NCBI GenBank assembly: GCA_963827475.1
Contig: CAWHAZ010000005.1
Location: 960,001-1,024,000 of the forward strand
DNA length: 64,000 bases
Direction of reading: 5' to 3'
From: an uncultured Chloroflexia bacterium
GTDB lineage: Bacteria; Chloroflexota; Limnocylindria; QHBO01
Below the pieces are notes generated by a model. It was not told where the DNA came from. It searched no databases and worked only from the letters and a program-made list of their open reading frames with translations. Both the position numbers and the translations under genes were made by a program. This document shows positions 62,450 through 64,000 of the stretch, in pieces (position 1 is the stretch's first letter; each line of letters begins with the position of its first letter).

Positions 62450-64000
62450 GTGCGCTACGACTACACCACCGCCAGCGTCGAATCGGTCCGCCAGGAGACC
62501 GATGCCGGCCTGGCCGATGCCGACGCGCTCGTCGACCAGGCACTGGGCGCGGACGAGGTCTCGTTCGCGGCACGGGTCGCACCGCTGGAGCTGGCCAATG
62601 CCCGCCTGACGGCGGCGTACGGTCGGGGCGCGATCCTGGGGCAGGCGCACCCGGACTCCGCCGTCCGGGACGCCGGGTCGGAGGCCGAGGAGCGGATCAC
62701 GAAGTGGCGGGCGGCGCTTCCCTTCCGCGAGGACCTCTACCACGCCGTCCGAGCCGTGGCCGATGCGCCGGAGGCGGAGTCGCTGACGCCGGAGCAGAAG
62801 CGCGTCCTGTTCCTGTGGATGCGTGACTTCCGCCGGGCCGGCCACGCCCTGGAGCCCGCGGCCCGCGCCGAGCTCGAGCAGCTCCGCGCTCGCCTGGTCG
62901 AGCTCGAGATCGCGTTCAACCGCAACGTCAACGAGTACGAGGACGCGATCGAGCTGACCCGGGACGAGCTGGAGGGGATGCCGGACGAGTTCGTGGAGCG
63001 GCTGTCACCGGGGAGCCGGGACGGGACGCTGCGGGTCAGCCTCGACTACCCCGAGGTGTACCCGTTCCTCGCCCAGTCCCCGAACCGCCCGGCCCGCGAG
63101 GCGCTGTTCCGCAAGCACTGGCGCCGGTGCGTGGACGCCAACCGACCGTTGATGGAGGAGGCGATCCGTCTGCGGCAGCGCGCCGCCGAGCTGCTCGGCC
63201 ATCCGACCTGGGCGCACTACGCGATCGAGGTGAAGATGGCCGAGACGCCCGAGGCGGTGGCCGCGTTCTACGAGTCCCTCGTGCCCCGCCTCACGGCCGT
63301 CCGCGATCGCGAGCTCGACGTGCTGACCGAACGCTTCCGCGCCGACGGCCACGAGGGCCTGCTCCAGGCCTGGGACTGGACCTACTACGACGAGCAGATG
63401 CGCCGGTCGGACTTCGGGGTCGACGCCAACCTCGTCGCCGAGTACCTGCCCATGGAGGCCAGCCTGGAGGGCATGTTCGCCCTGACCGGCGAGGTCCTGG
63501 GTCTTGACTTCCGGCGCGTGCCCGAGGCCCACGGGTGGCACCCATCGGTCGAGCTGTACGAGATCCTCGACCGCGCCTCCGGGGAACCGATCGCCTCGTT
63601 CTACGCGGACTGGTTCCCCCGCGAGGGCAAGTTCGGGCACGCGGCCGCGTTCCCGCTGGTCGTCGGCCATCGGCGCGCGGACGGCGACCTACGAGCAGCC
63701 GGTGAGCACCATCCTCGCCAACTTCACCCCGCCCGCCGGGGATCGGCCGTCACTCCTCCAGCACAACGAGCTGGAGACCCTGTTCCACGAGTTCGGCCAC
63801 ATCCTCCACATGTCCCTCACCCGGGCCGAGTACGCGCGGACGAGTGGCAGCGAGACGGAGATCGACTTCGTCGAGGCCCCGTCCCAGATCATGGAGCACT
63901 GGGCGTGGGACCCCGGCGTCCTGGGTCGCTTCGCGCGGCACTACCGGACCCGGGAGCCGATCCCCGCCGAGCTGGTCGACCAGATGATCGCGGCGCGGTA
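62450..64000 (+). CDS. M3 family oligopeptidase (thimet-like), truncated by window end; frameshift near 63690
   Basis: Manual translation: VRYDYTT..., WDW.YY, D.FPREGKFGHAA, TLFHEFGHILH, DFVEAPSQ.ME.W. Confidence 0.9.
   Translation, partial: MRYDYTTASVESVRQETDAGLADADALVDQALGADEVSFAARVAPLELANARLTAAYGRGAILGQAHPDSAVRDAGSEAEERITKWRAALPFREDLYHAVRAVADAPEAESLTPEQKRVLFLWMRDFRRAGHALEPAARAELEQLRARLVELEIAFNRNVNEYEDAIELTRDELEGMPDEFVERLSPGSRDGTLRVSLDYPEVYPFLAQSPNRPAREALFRKHWRRCVDANRPLMEEAIRLRQRAAELLGHPTWAHYAIEVKMAETPEAVAAFYESLVPRLTAVRDRELDVLTERFRADGHEGLLQAWDWTYYDEQMRRSDFGVDANLVAEYLPMEASLEGMFALTGEVLGLDFRRVPEAHGWHPSVELYEILDRASGEPIASFYADWFPREGKFGHAAAFPLVVGHRRADGDLRAAGEHHPRQLHPARRGSAVTPPAQRAGDPVPRVRPHPPHVPHPGRVRADEWQRDGDRLRRGPVPDHGALGVGPRRPGSLRAALPDPGADPRRAGRPDDRGAV

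Overview
A very GC-rich bacterial chromosomal window. The lineage is probably Chloroflexota (Limnocylindria-like); this is inferred from gene content (gpmI, polA-mutM-coaE, Tad pseudopilins, a GAAC-N4-GTTC SOS box) and is not proven. Positions 1-36.3 kb are mostly housekeeping on the minus strand: htpX, lemA, three tRNAs, secG, gpmI, tpiA, whiA, yvcK, a short rapZ, an HDAC, tatCA, pyrF, recJ, secFD, uvrC/uvrA/uvrB with a UvrD-like helicase, coaE, mutM and polA. A three-gene Tad/Flp accessory module sits inside this block on the opposite strand, followed by an ECF sigma/anti-sigma pair and tRNA-Leu(CAA). Positions 36.3-64 kb are more accessory: CMD, SprT-like, LLM oxidoreductase, NEW3 plus ABC module, hydrolase/Rieske/nitrilase operon, polar amino-acid ABC transporter, AI-2E, dnaE, ArsR-SRPBCC-hydrolase, YcaQ, DinB, PAS-GGDEF-EAL and an M3 peptidase. 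About 16 genes, including polA, dnaE, tpiA and coaE, carry single-base frameshifts that are most likely long-read errors. The most unusual signals are a solute-binding protein with an internal strand-helix segment apparently moved to its N-terminus, a stand-alone RapZ C-terminal domain, pervasive leaderless TANNNT promoters, an S/T/P-rich insertion in SecF, and a TadG-like protein with inserted Ig-like repeats. No CRISPR array, integrase or transposase was seen.
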